A DNA stretch of 63,676 nt, filler included, from Octopus bimaculoides (lineage: Eukaryota), in assembly GCF_001194135.2 (NCBI RefSeq). It is 5 parts of 4 records of this genome, joined end to end, with 100 filler letters (N's around TTAATTAATTAA, not from the genome) between each part and the next. Parts side by side here need not be neighbours in the genome. Positions count along the whole stretch, not along the records: positions 1 to 28,230 come from NC_068987.1; 4 more parts are not named here. One strand, written 5' to 3'. Shown here one piece after another: positions 1 through 12,699 of the stretch (the stretch's first letter is position 1; each line of letters starts with the position of its first letter). Under the pieces are notes generated by a model, which saw only the letters and a program-made list of their open reading frames with translations, searched no databases and was not told where the DNA came from. Both the position numbers and the translations under genes were made by a program.

Positions 1-2224
1 TATATATATATATATATATTTCTTTATTGTATCATGTGTTACATTTCTATGTTTGTTACACATACATTTAAAAGATAAATTAAATATATGCAGTTACAAA
101 AATGCCCGCTTCCAATTTCCTTGCCTCATAATTTGAAGCCAGTTTGTCCTTTAGAAGAGGTGCACATGACCGGAGAAGCTTTGTTATATTTTTGGCGGTT
201 TAATGACAAAGAAACGCCAGACAAACCTTAACAAATTTGTCGAAAATTTCCCCCAACATTCCTGTTAGAGCTTATAGCTTGTACTGCCAACATGAATGAA
301 AAAAACATATGAAAGCATCTTTTACATAATGCTTCCAGGACAGAGTTGCACGTGTGAGCCGTTCATAATAGTCCGTGTCCTCATCTCAGAAAAAACTAAA
401 TGTTTTCATTTTTGTAAACGTAATACTAAAATATTAATTCGAATATTTACAAATTTTCGCCGGAAATTGTCTGCCATTGAGTCAATAAGCGAAAAAGTTT
501 GTATTTATGCAAGTTTAATAAATATGAGAAACACAAAAATATTTCTCTCGCAGGCATCCAATTTAATGGAATTAAAATTCTTTTGCTATTAAAGGGAAGA
601 TATAGCTAGCTAGTTAGTTCCATAGATAGATAGATACGTGCACACATGCATACATCGATATATACACACAGATACATATACACACACACGCGCGCGCACA
701 CATACACACATAAACATAGATAACTATGTATGCACACGTGTGTTTATGTGTGTATGTATGTATGTATGTATGAATATGTCTGTGTGATTTCTTCCAACGC
801 ACGGTTGTGTGTACTTTTTATATGAAAATTGCACGAGTATTCTTCATAAATTTCCTAATTTGCATATACAAACGATGAACAGATTGTACACTCCATAATG
901 TAATTATGGAATTTATGAAATTTATGCAATAAATTTTAAATTATTGAACATTGAAATTCCGGCATTCAGATTGGCTTTCCCCCATTCTGCCACATCACCG
1001 TGGTCGCCACCATCCCCCGACAAATAAGTGAGAAGGTGCTACTATTTACAGTGGACATCAGTTATGTTCTCAGAAATTAAGCTATCCCTTACTGGTCAGA
1101 CAGGTAAAAATTATTATTAGGTAAATGTATTTATTGTTATAACACATAAAATATCTGAATAACAATGGAAACTTGTTGCAGTTGTGGTAAGCATCATTTC
1201 GATAAACGTATGAACCCGTTATTGATGCTGAAGGTCCACAGTCTAGAGTAGATCATAGAATAGAATAGTGTAAAGATATTCATTCATCCAGGTGTTTGCA
1301 ATAACAACAGTCATGTTTCTTTGGAGTAGAGATAAACACAAAAACAAAACGCGCGCGCGCGAGCGCGTGTGTGTAGATGCCTCTATAGAAATGAAGTAAT
1401 ATGGATGTTTTACATTATCATAAATTTATGGAGAAAATTGCTTCGGTGAGAAAATTTATTTAATTTCGGTATTAAGTCAATAAACTTTATTTTCCAGTAT
1501 CACAAAAGAAATATCAAATTAGAAAGCGTAAACATTTGATATCACTGCATAACGTTTTCTGCGTTTATTCGTTTCAGCTCTGTATATTGGCGTAAACGAA
1601 AGTGACTTAATAAATTGTTTATTCTAAATTGCCAACGGTAGTTTACTAGATACAAATATATATGTAAACCTATTTAAATACACATACACACGAACATGCA
1701 TCCACCCATGCACATATCCATACGCCTATATATGCATATAACATGCATACACACACACATGTTTGCATATATACGTTTTACTAAGCCCCCAAGCTCCTTG
1801 CGGCACCTGTACCTGATGATTTCATGTTTTTCTGATATCACTTTAGTCGATCTTTAACTAGAATACGGTGATAGCACCGGTCTGCGAAATTGTTTTGGTA
1901 GTTGTATGTTATTTTATATATATTTTTGGTGCTAATTCCAAATATGCAAAAAGCAGTTTCCAATTTCCCAAAGCTTTTTCACAATTTAATGATAAAATAT
2001 ATCATAATTTGTAGGTAATTTCACACAAGGTAGGAATAAATGAAAGTAATAATATGATTTTGGCATTAATTTAGCAAAAGTGAATGCCACAAATGCAATT
2101 CAAAGCTATGAAAATAGATATTTACAAGGGTTCTATTCATTTATCTAGGTTCAACACCTAAAGATCTCTTTTCACTTGGAATCTACGCATTCAACTCATT
2201 TATTTGTGAGTATTAGATGACCAT

Positions 2225-3245
2225 TTACGATGCAACATTCACCAATAATCAACCATGATACTCACATGATGTCTCCCCTAATATTTACCTTCAATATTCT
2301 TGATAAAAAAAACTTCCCCTGCTCCACTCACGTTTCCCAAATTTTCCGGAAAAAATCAAAGTGAGCTCTAATACTCATTTCTATTCTAAGGCATCGAACT
2401 TTTCCAGGATTCTTTCTACTATGCCAGCGTAGATGGAATACTTGAGAGTACCCAAGTTCTTCATCACGTCTTTGAAAAACTAATCTATGCATCTTTTTCA
2501 GAATTATTAAGAGAATTTTCCAAATGCTTATCCTTGACGAATTTCTTTATATCTAGTCAATACTTTCCCTTCAACTGTGGCGTCTGGTAGAGTACGAAAC
2601 TTGCTATTCAAATACATGCAACTCTCTCCATCCTGTGATAGAGCTTTTACGAATTGCTTCATGAGGCCAAGTTTTATACACACACCAGGCAATAGAAAGA
2701 TTTTCGGATCTCGAAGGAAATTCCTTGCTTAACCGTTTTTTAAGCGTATCCCTATATCGCCATTCATTTTGAAACCAATAGAGGTTCCTGACTCTACTGT
2801 CTCATTCACACAAGAAACAAGGAAACATTATATAGCTTATTGTTGTCCAAGCAAATCATCCCGTTGTTAACCTTGAATTTAATCGTCTGTAAGCCTGACA
2901 CCAAATGTCCATGTTTCCTTCATGATAAATGAGACCAACAAGGATGGGAGCAGTAAAATTCTCTTTAAAGGATCAATAGCTTGAATTCATCAGGTCTGAA
3001 ACTTATGTAATTTTTTTCTATTAATTCTGATAAAGCTGCACAAAAAACTAAAATCATTATCTTGAGTGCACTAAAGAATAAATACTTTTCCGGTGGAATG
3101 ATGCATGAGGAGCGAAAAGATTCTTCGATTTAATTCTGGAAGCTAAAAGCTCTGCTGACTATTTTGCGAGCCCTTATAATAACAAGATCGTTTAATTTAC
3201 GCAGGTTGAATAGGTCTCCACTTTCACTGCTGTTTCAGCAGCTGG
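2225..3245 (-). mobile_element. Degenerate Chapaev-like (CMC) DNA transposase remnant
   Basis: Minus-strand fragments: SAELLASRIKSKNL (~3130-3160), IKLGLMKQFVKAL (~2643-2678) and FDFFPENLG (~2336-2360). They are colinear and broken by stops and frameshifts. Confidence 0.75.
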
Positions 3246-5358
3246 TTATTAACATTTTCCACGCTTAAATTTCCACTAACGTTAAGACTAATTCTTATAT
3301 CTTCTTTTCATAAGATTTGTCATTGATGTTCCCTTTGAGGTGATTGTGATTGTAATTTTGTATTACTTTGAATAGCATTCTTTGATATTAAACTCTTGCG
3401 GTTGTTTACTTTATTCATAATGATTTTAGTCTTCTATTCACCATTTAATAAATACTCAGTATTTTGACAAGAGACTGTATTTCCTGACAATAGTTTATTA
3501 TGTAACTCCCTAATTAGTTAGAAATATCAGATATAATTTGATCAATTTAAATCATGTTCCCTAAGATTACGACAGAAAATAATGTAATCTTAAAGAAAAC
3601 TAAAGAATAGCCTTCGGTGTTGAACAGCAGAAAAAACGGTTATGATTATCTTTCAAATTCAGTTTAGCACGTTCCTATGAAAAACATTCTGTGACATATG
3701 CATGGTATGCAACCTTAGCGTGAATCGAACCACTAACTACTCGTAGGTATTTTCGGCCACTAAATTTAGGATGCAGATATATGAGGCACGTCCTTGAACG
3801 AGCAGGTACTGTTATTAAGTGGAAAGTAATATTATTATAGCTCCAGTGGATAAACACAGAGCTCTCTCTACGTATGTCTGTTACAAATCTATTTCATTCT
3901 CTAATAAATCATTAAAGAAAGTCTTCGTATAACTTGGACAAGAATATCATAAAACAGAGCAACAATGGAGGAAAGAACCAATTAGGAAGTCATAATAGTC
4001 TGACTGACCTCGAATGATCTGGTGCCACTTCAACCTTGGAGGTATTTCACCGTATATTTGAAGACCTTTTCCTAATGATATTCGAAAATATTATCCAAGA
4101 TGACTCTTTGATAAGAGAACATCCATGCCTGGGTTACCTTATATAACCGTCTTAATTTAAGTAAATTGGCTGTCAAATAGTGGTAGGTGATTTGGTTATG
4201 CTTGTGAACGTTGTATCAGACAAGTCCCAAAATATATAAAATCTGGGGCAAATAAGACTATTTCCTACAGGGTATATTGCAGCAAGCTATTGTAATGCAT
4301 TTCCAAAATAATTTTGTAATGGTTCTATTTCCATTCAATGAGGGGGGAAAGGTTTATGGTTTTTCCCCTCAGTTCATTCAGTTAAAATTAAATGAAAGGC
4401 AATAGCACATATATTTGCGCGTATCTTATCATTTATATAAGCCAAATACGTTCATATAGAGATAGAGCAAGTACCAAAATAAGATTACTTAATACTAATG
4501 TGATTATTGCATGCATTTATTATCATTGCCTTATAAAAGAAATGATAAATGTAGTTAGGAGACCTACTCAATGCAGGTGTTAATAAGTTCATCTTAATTT
4601 CATTTCCGCGTGTGTTCTTTTATGCATATATCATATATGAAGAAGAATCATTTTACATTTCTTTTTGCATTAATATCATTCTTATGTCACATGTTGTCCT
4701 TCAGAAGTTAATGGATTCTCTTTCGCAGGCTGCTGCCTTGATATTTGTATGTATTCTTGTATACGTTCAAGATGCCGTTAAATATCCACAGATAACCAAT
4801 ATATTGATCACGGACCTTAGTTATGTATTTGTAAACCTAATGACTGATCGTCTTTTATGATTAACTCTTTGGGAGCAGGATATTTGGCTCGCATTTTGAG
4901 ATCATTACTTTAGGACTCATTGTTTTTTCTTGCATACTTGGAATGTTGTTTTATCAGACAATGGGAAAAGATGTACGTATTTATTTAGCCTCTGCTATTT
5001 TATAAAAGAACTCAACGCCCATTCTAAAAATGTCCTCCATGCCAATAAAAACCGCCATAAATTTTAATACTGAAACACTTCTCATGATATACTGACGAAC
5101 AGTGAAACAGCAAGAATAGTAGCAATGTTTTCCACGATATCTTCCATTCAGTTGACACAAAATGTTAGTAGGACTTCAGTGAGTAAGAATAGGTGTCTTA
5201 CGAAACGCAGATTGGTGCACGCATATAATGCGTTCACTTTGCTCCCAAGTCGGGTTTTGCATACAGACATGATATATCATGAATTATGAGTTAATTTAAA
5301 GTATTTACCTTTCTATCTTTCATATTACACCAACACGCATGTAAATACACACACACAC

Positions 5359-5398
<40 letters not shown>

Positions 5399-5659
5399 AT
5401 ATATATATATATATATATACATATATGCACATATATATATATATATATGCATAAAATGAATATATACATTATTCTAATAATATCTTTCATTGTATAACGT
5501 GTAATACAAATAATCGTGGACATACTTGCGGTATACAGTCTTTTGTGGCTACACACAAAATTTACATTAACTATTAGACAAGCATTAACACACACATACA
5601 CTTTAAACAGTTTGCATGTATACCTACCAACGCACATACATATAGACATACATACATAC

Positions 5660-5695
<36 letters not shown>

Positions 5696-6975
5696 AAAGG
5701 TGTATGTATATGGACGAATGTGTGCGTGTGCGTGTGTGTGTGTGTGATATACATATATAGGCAAAAGGAGAAAGAGTAGTCAGCGTAAAGGAAGGAAAAG
5801 AAAGCGTATTTTCCTTTCTTTGGTTATAAAACTTTCGTGCAAATATTTAAATGAGCCAAACTGTTTGCTAATAGTTACCTGCGAATCTTATGTCGTTGCT
5901 GTTCTTTCATTGTATGAAACGTGATAGAGAGGCTGGAAAAACCTATTTCGCTACGAAATTGTACATTCAACATTCCCTTTTAGAAGTGTGTTAACCGATG
6001 AAACAAAGAGCGTGAGAAACCTGTTCCCAATACACCACAGCACGCTACGCACTAAAAATACACACCAGCAGGCTACAACACACTACGCATTAGGTCAAAT
6101 GTTCATCAGAGTGTTGTAAAAGAGCAATTTATTTCATCGTTACGATTAAGAGAATTGGATATAGCTGTAAGTTCCAGCAGAGAATTGCGCTGGTTTTTCC
6201 ATTTGGTGTTGTTGATGCTTGTGACAAGGATGCCGTGTTTGTTATCAATGGTTTTAGATGAAGCAACAGTGATGATGGTGCTGCAGGTGAACCATTCTGC
6301 CGTTATGGTATCTGTGATGGAGGTAGATGTGTTTGAATCGTTACAAAATTTGGCGCGTAGTCGACATTATATAAAGCTAGAATACGCAGGATTTCTCAAC
6401 ACTTTGAATTATTAGAGATTTGTATAAACGTAAATCACTGTCTCGATCTGTATTTCAGACTTCCATGGATCGATAGTCTTGCAGAAGATGGGATTACATT
6501 CATTATTAGGCAAACCTGTGTTCCAGATGAATATAGTAGACCTTGTGGTGTGCTAGTGTTGTTTCACGCAAGTGTTGCATAACTGATTGTCGATCAGAGT
6601 GTGGTGTTACTGCATTCATACGACGTTTTAATGGTTATGTCGTTAGTAATAGTAACATAAAAAGGAATTGGTGGAGTTTTGCGGTGCATCTATTGGTGAT
6701 TATTTATAAACAGTAATTTTGGATGGAATTACATGAAATGGCGTTTAGTTGATGTTAGAGAGTTGTTAAATTGGATGTAGAATGCGGGGTAGAGACTATT
6801 CTTCTTTGGTTTTATCAAATCCCCCGGCAAAATATACTTCTCTACAGACGGCAAGCGCATCCATTAACGAATTCGTTCGCCTCCAAACTCTCTATCTCTT
6901 ACGCACACACCCGCACACGCACACGCTTACACATACGCATAAACACACACACACACACACACGCATACAAACATA

Positions 6976-8055
6976 TACGAGAGTGGGATGGAAATTTAAT
7001 AGGCTGAGTATGAAGGAGTAGTGCTAAAGCTGCGAAATATTGCATGCATTAATTTCAAATCTGTTTATATTTAATACCTGCTGCAAGCCCTACCGATAAC
7101 ATTCATGCAAACATGGTTGCTACATTAGGGGATGATGTTCCAGCTGTAACAAGATTGTAAAAGGTGGTAACAAAATTTAGGAGGAAAAAAAAGAGTTTTG
7201 ATGATAGACCAAGGACTGAACGTTTTAGAACTGCCAACACCGAGAAAAATGTTGATCGTTTTCAACAGATGGTGAAGAACGACAGGCGATTGATTGACTA
7301 CGCATTAAATAGGCTATGCTAAACGCATATCTCATGAGAATATGCTCCACAAGGAAATTGACATGATGAATGATTCTGCTCTTTGGATGCCATACCTTCT
7401 GATTAAAGTGGGCTAGTCTGCTCACAAGACAGGTAAATCCTACATTGTTTTACGCATATCCTGTTGGTCTTCTTGAGTGTTTCTTATCCCAGGATGAGTG
7501 TGGGCTTCATCACTTTGAACCAGAGACAAAATGACGATCCATGCAGTGGAAACACTCCTTCAGACCTGCTCCAAAGAGGCCAAGTTTGTTTCATCTGTAG
7601 AGAAATTGATGGTCTCAGTTTTGGGATTCAAAAGCAATGTGCTTATTACGTACCTTCAGACCAGGAAAACTGCCGAAAGGGTTCTTTTTTCATCGGGACA
7701 ATGCTCCGGCACACAAGTCCTTCGTTGTAATGGCTACCGTGTGTGACCGTCGGTTTGAACTAATTGATCCGCCTCCCAATTTTCCTCATCCATCCCCATC
7801 TTACAATCATCTGTTCCCCAACACAAAAATGCTCTTGAATGGGAACCAGTATCGCAGTGATGATGACGACATATCTGCTATGGTGACATTTTGAACCAGC
7901 ATTACGAAAGCTCTTTCATCAATGGGATCCAAGCAGTGAGATACTGTTGGAAGACGTGTGAGCACCACAAGAGGGACTTTGTTGTAAAAAAACTCATTTG
8001 ATCACATTTTATTGGAGGATCCTGGTCAACTTATGAAATTTTCAACCAACCCTTA
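6976..8055 (+). mobile_element. Degenerate mariner-type element
   Basis: TIR-like ends (tacgagagtggg.../...ttcaaccaaccctta). Transposase fragments include IHANMVATLGDD and DNAPAHKS...HLFPN. Many stops and frameshifts. Confidence 0.85.
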
Positions 8056-8145
8056 TGTGTGTGTGTATGCATATTTGTTTACTTTTATTACGTGCATTAC
8101 TAAGACGTTATACATATATAGACATCATACACACACGCACACACG

Positions 8146-8176
<31 letters not shown>

Positions 8177-8454
8177 CAACACGTTTTCGCAGGTCATGTT
8201 TTGGATTTTGTATGTATTTCTCGCTAATGATGTATTCTGTTCAGTTGATGTGTATTATACATTATCGTGTATCTGCCAATATCCAGTACCACGGGGTGCT
8301 AAATGTAAGAGATCGTACGTTGAGGATTATGGAACCTCGAATTATTTGATTCTTTATTACCTAAAAGTTGTTACAACTGCAATTGTCACTGAAAAAATGT
8401 TTGCCGTACAGTTTTGAGTAGTCGTTGTGTTATAATGTTTATAATATTTGTAGA

Positions 8455-8640
8455 AAAAGGCAGCACGCTAGTAGAATCGTTACGTCGCTGGCCAGGACGC
8501 TTAGCGGAATTTCGTCAGTTTCAACGTACGGAATGCAAATTTCTCCGAGTACAAATTTCGTCAATTTAAAGGAGAGGGCTTCTCTACCAAGACTGCTGGT
8601 CTTGTGCCAAAATTTGAAACTCATATTTCTTGTAGAAAAA
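8455..8640 (+). mobile_element. Degenerate octopus-type SINE
   Basis: Head ggcagc...agaatcgtta...cttagcgg and tail cttgtgccaaaatttgaaac resemble a common Octopus SINE (recalled, not searched). Confidence 0.55.
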
Positions 8641-10835
8641 TATTAATCTTTACTTCGATCTTGAGAGGAATAATGAATTGGCATTATTTGAAGTGACAAA
8701 TATACTGAGCAGTTTCTCTTATTTCATATATAGAACCAACTAATATCAGTGATAACAGTTTCCACTGTTCACAAAGTGGTATGCCTATAATGACAAATGA
8801 GATCCAACCGTATGACCTCAGCTATTATGACTTAAGCGTTTAAGATACCAGTCATGAACTCAGGGTGTGGCAAAATGTGAGCTCTCGGTGGGCTGATTCG
8901 AAACAGATCAGCTTTTAGCAATCGGATTCTTTATATAATGAAATTGGTAGATAATAACTTCTAATGTCCAAGTATTTATTAGGAAATCCTGAAGGTTTGA
9001 GGTTCGGTTTTTATGGAAATAAATTTATTTGTCTTTGCCGTTTCTAGATTTGATATTTCTCTCGATACTGCTGAGATGATATGTCGAGGCATTAAAATCA
9101 CACAAACGAAGTGATATATGCAGGCACACACAGACACACGGACAAATACATCTAAATACGCAGACCCAAAACGCACAAATGCAGGGAAACAAATACACAC
9201 ATGAACAAAAAAAGCATTAGCACACTCATACATAAACAGACATGATTTTACTGGTTGCTTTCTATTGTCTTTGGCGAATATAAAGCAAATACACAAAGCT
9301 GATGCTATTTAAATGACCACAACGAAAATGAACCAACTTTACTCTAACATTTATGTTCTGTTCTATTTACGTTAGTTTAAGGCATCATCTCTGAAGACAC
9401 TCTTGACACGAAAGTCACGTTCAGGTCACATATATATTTTCGAAAACAATCACGAAGACAATTTTAATGAAAAAATATTAATATTTTCCAAGATTTGCTT
9501 CTCTCGTAACCATTAACATTGGATATCTTGTAAGTGGAACAAAATTCTCCAAGGAGAGAAAACACATAATTGAGATGGGTGATATTTATTTGTCTTTCTT
9601 AGCATTGGAAAAATCGGATCTCCCTTTATCGCTTTCTCATTGTTAATCTCTTGGGGTCTGCGCCGAAAGAAAACCTACTCTTCTATTCACTAATTTTCTT
9701 CATTCAACTCATTCTCTCTCCTTGGTGGTTCGTACGATTTATTTATTTCCATCCACATCAAATATCGGTTCTTATTACCAATATTATTATCGGTTCCAGA
9801 TTAGATTCCATACGATTGTCGTACAAACAATCCCATCCATTGACGAATATATACATGCATGTATGTGTGCATGAATGTATGCATTTATGTATTATGTACG
9901 CGTATAAACACGCAAGCATATACATTTATACATCATATACACATGCATGCATGTATGTGTGCATGAATGTATGCATTTATGTATTATGTACGCGTATAAA
10001 CACGCAAGCANNNNNNNNNNNNNNNNNNNNNNNNNNNTATATATATATAGTATTATAGCATATGTGGGTATACACGCGTACGCACGCACACACACACAAA
10101 CACTCACACATTCATTTGGCCTGTCATATTCTAAATTAAAAAATAACGTATTTGTTCATTTGCATGTCGGAACGCTCTCAGTTAAAGATATATAATCGTA
10201 GCGATTTCGTCCGCACCAATCTTTATATTTGCATAGGTTTTGAAATTATTCATGCCCTGACACTCTTGCTGCTCATCTCAGTTAGCTTATTCTCAATATA
10301 TTTTACCTGACTATTTAGAAATGGGCTGAAATGTGAACAAGGAAATACAAACTCTAGAATTCTCTATCACTATTTCTTTAATAAATCCCGTCGACTCCAA
10401 TCTAATGTGTCTTTACTGTGATAACCACAATCGGTTGCAAATTACTGTTCCCGTCAACTCCCTCTTAACTAATTCTGTTATTCGGTAACTGCTCGACCGT
10501 ACAGAATACAAATTTCTCGCCAGTGAGACCGACCATTTTGAATTCTGTACAAATTATGCTATCCTTATCAAATAGCTTACAATATTCTGTGTTTAGATTG
10601 GATCCGAATGACCCGGTGTTTTTTTACTCAATTATGTGGGAGCGACTGAACAAGTCTGTGACGCTTTTGCACAACTTATCCCCTCAGTGAGTCTTACATA
10701 ATTTTTTGTTCATAAGGTGCATGCGTAGAAGAAATTTATTCGCTTGGGTTATTCGTGCTACATTGAACCACCTTTCAACAATTTTATGAGAGAGCAGAAC
10801 TTTTCTTTTCAGATATAAATTAAGCCGATGCGGAA

Positions 10836-10931
10836 TTAATCAAATAGGAAAGTGTCCGTTTTCAGCCGTTGAAATCTCATCCAGTACACGACTTCTTTCA
10901 CCATACTTTCCAGGTAGGTGGGGGGGACTCC
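10836..10931 (-). CDS. Candidate terminal coding exon of an unidentified gene (GVPPTYLESMVKEVVYWMRFQRLKTDTFLFD*)
   Basis: ~28-nt polypyrimidine tract plus ctaAG acceptor, open phase-0 frame to TAA, and AATAAA ~95 nt downstream. No homolog recognised. Confidence 0.35.
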   Translation of the reverse strand, partial: GVPPTYLESMVKEVVYWMRFQRLKTDTFLFD

Positions 10932-12699
10932 CTTAGTGATTAGAAGAAAAGGAAAGAAGAAGAAAAGAACGGTTAAACGTTCATTACAATGGAGTCAGCC
11001 GATCGTCAGTTTTGTCCTACATATGACAACAGATGTTCGATATAACCCTATAATTCTCTCTCTCTCTTTCTCTCTCACACACACGCACACAAACATACGC
11101 TTCCAAACACACAAACGAACACATACGCATACATAGTACGCATATGTTTGTGTATGTGTGTGTTTGTCTTGTTTGTGTGCATATGTGGTTGTGTGTTTGT
11201 GTGTGTGTGTGCGTGTGGATGGTATGCGCTTCTGCAATATGTAGAATCGTCTTTCAGACTTCCCAGCTATTTTCCGTTCCGATATTTGTTAAGTTAGAAT
11301 ACCAGTGTTAATGAAAACACTGTAATTTGCTTCTAGATTGATACATAACCAATAGCCAAAGAGCAAAAATATGAAATGCATTCAAGTGCCGCATAAAAAC
11401 TTCGCTTTCTGAAGGTTTTGACTTAAGTTGAGAAATAGAAATTAGGCTATAGACAGAGAAGAAAGTGAAGTCGGGTTCGCGACATTTGCTGCAATGAACT
11501 GTTTGTGACATTTCCATCAGAGACAGATAAAAAAAGAAAATCATCGCGTAAAACTAATCTCTTCTTGCGATGTTTTCTTTTACTTTATAAACTTCACATC
11601 GTTCTACCATTTATACATTGTAACTCTGTTCTTGACAGTTTTTCTTCTCATTACAAAAGAACTGCTACACAACAACAAATAAATTCTGCAGACCAAATTC
11701 TAAATGAAGGAACGAAAGAATAAACGATAGAAGGAATGAAATAATCAGCCAACCGGCCAAGTACTCCAATATTCAACTAATGTTATAACATATCAAAACG
11801 TGAACCAGTGTACCTGTCAATATAGTGGTCTGCTACGTTAAAAGTATCTGCCACCAGATTCTATAGAATTGGATTATGATGATTTCAAATCTGCCCCTGC
11901 CACCTGATAGATTTTAAGATTCTGATCGTATACTGCAAATGATTTGCCACTCTCCATTTAGCACAATCCAACAACAAAAGTTACCCAGCATTCCAAAGAA
12001 ATTAAATTGCTGAACGTTGTGCTACGTTTATTTATGAAAATGTCATGTAATTACACACATGTTGCAAGCCTGCCTTTTGTTTAGCTGCTTCCATTTATTG
12101 ATGCAGAAAGTAAGGCAGGAATCTCGCAAACATGCACTTCACAAACACGTCCTCATACGCCCCGCTCCACATGTGTTCATGTATGTATGTATGTATGTAT
12201 GTGTGTGTGTATATATATATGTGTGTGTGTGTGTGTGCTTATATATATGTGTGTGTGTGAGTATATGTATATATATATANNNNNNNNNNNNNNNNNNNNN
12301 NNNNNNNNNNNNNNNNNNNNNNNNNNNNNNNNNNNNNNNNNNNNNNNNNNNNNNNNNNNNNNNNNNNNNNNNNNNNNNNNNNNNNNNNNNNNNNNNNNNN
12401 NNNNNNNNNNNNNNNNNNNNNNNNNNNNNNNNNNNNNNNNNNNNNNNNNNNNNNNNNNNNNNNNNNNNNNNNNNNNNNNNNNNNNNNNNNNNNNNNNNNN
12501 NNNNNNNNNNNNNNNNNNNNNNNNNNNNNNNNNNNNNNNNNNNNNNNNNNNNNNNNNNNNNNNNNNNNNNNNNNNNNNNNNNNNNNNNNNNNNNNNNNNN
12601 NNNNNNNNNNNNNNNNNNNNNNNNNNNNNNNNNNNNNNNTATATATATATATGTATATGAGAAAAGAGATAAGTCACGGTGGAGATGTGATATTTATCC

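Noticed and set aside
6130-6780. Strand-biased segment that might be a Penelope remnant or an exon
   Set aside because: No diagnostic motif found in any frame I translated.
9389-9420. CTGAAGA...GAAA hammerhead-like match
   Set aside because: No stem II closing pair and no convincing stems I/III.
9851-10010. ~68-bp direct duplication before a gap
   Set aside because: Adjacent to a gap in low-complexity sequence; probably a mis-assembled tandem repeat.
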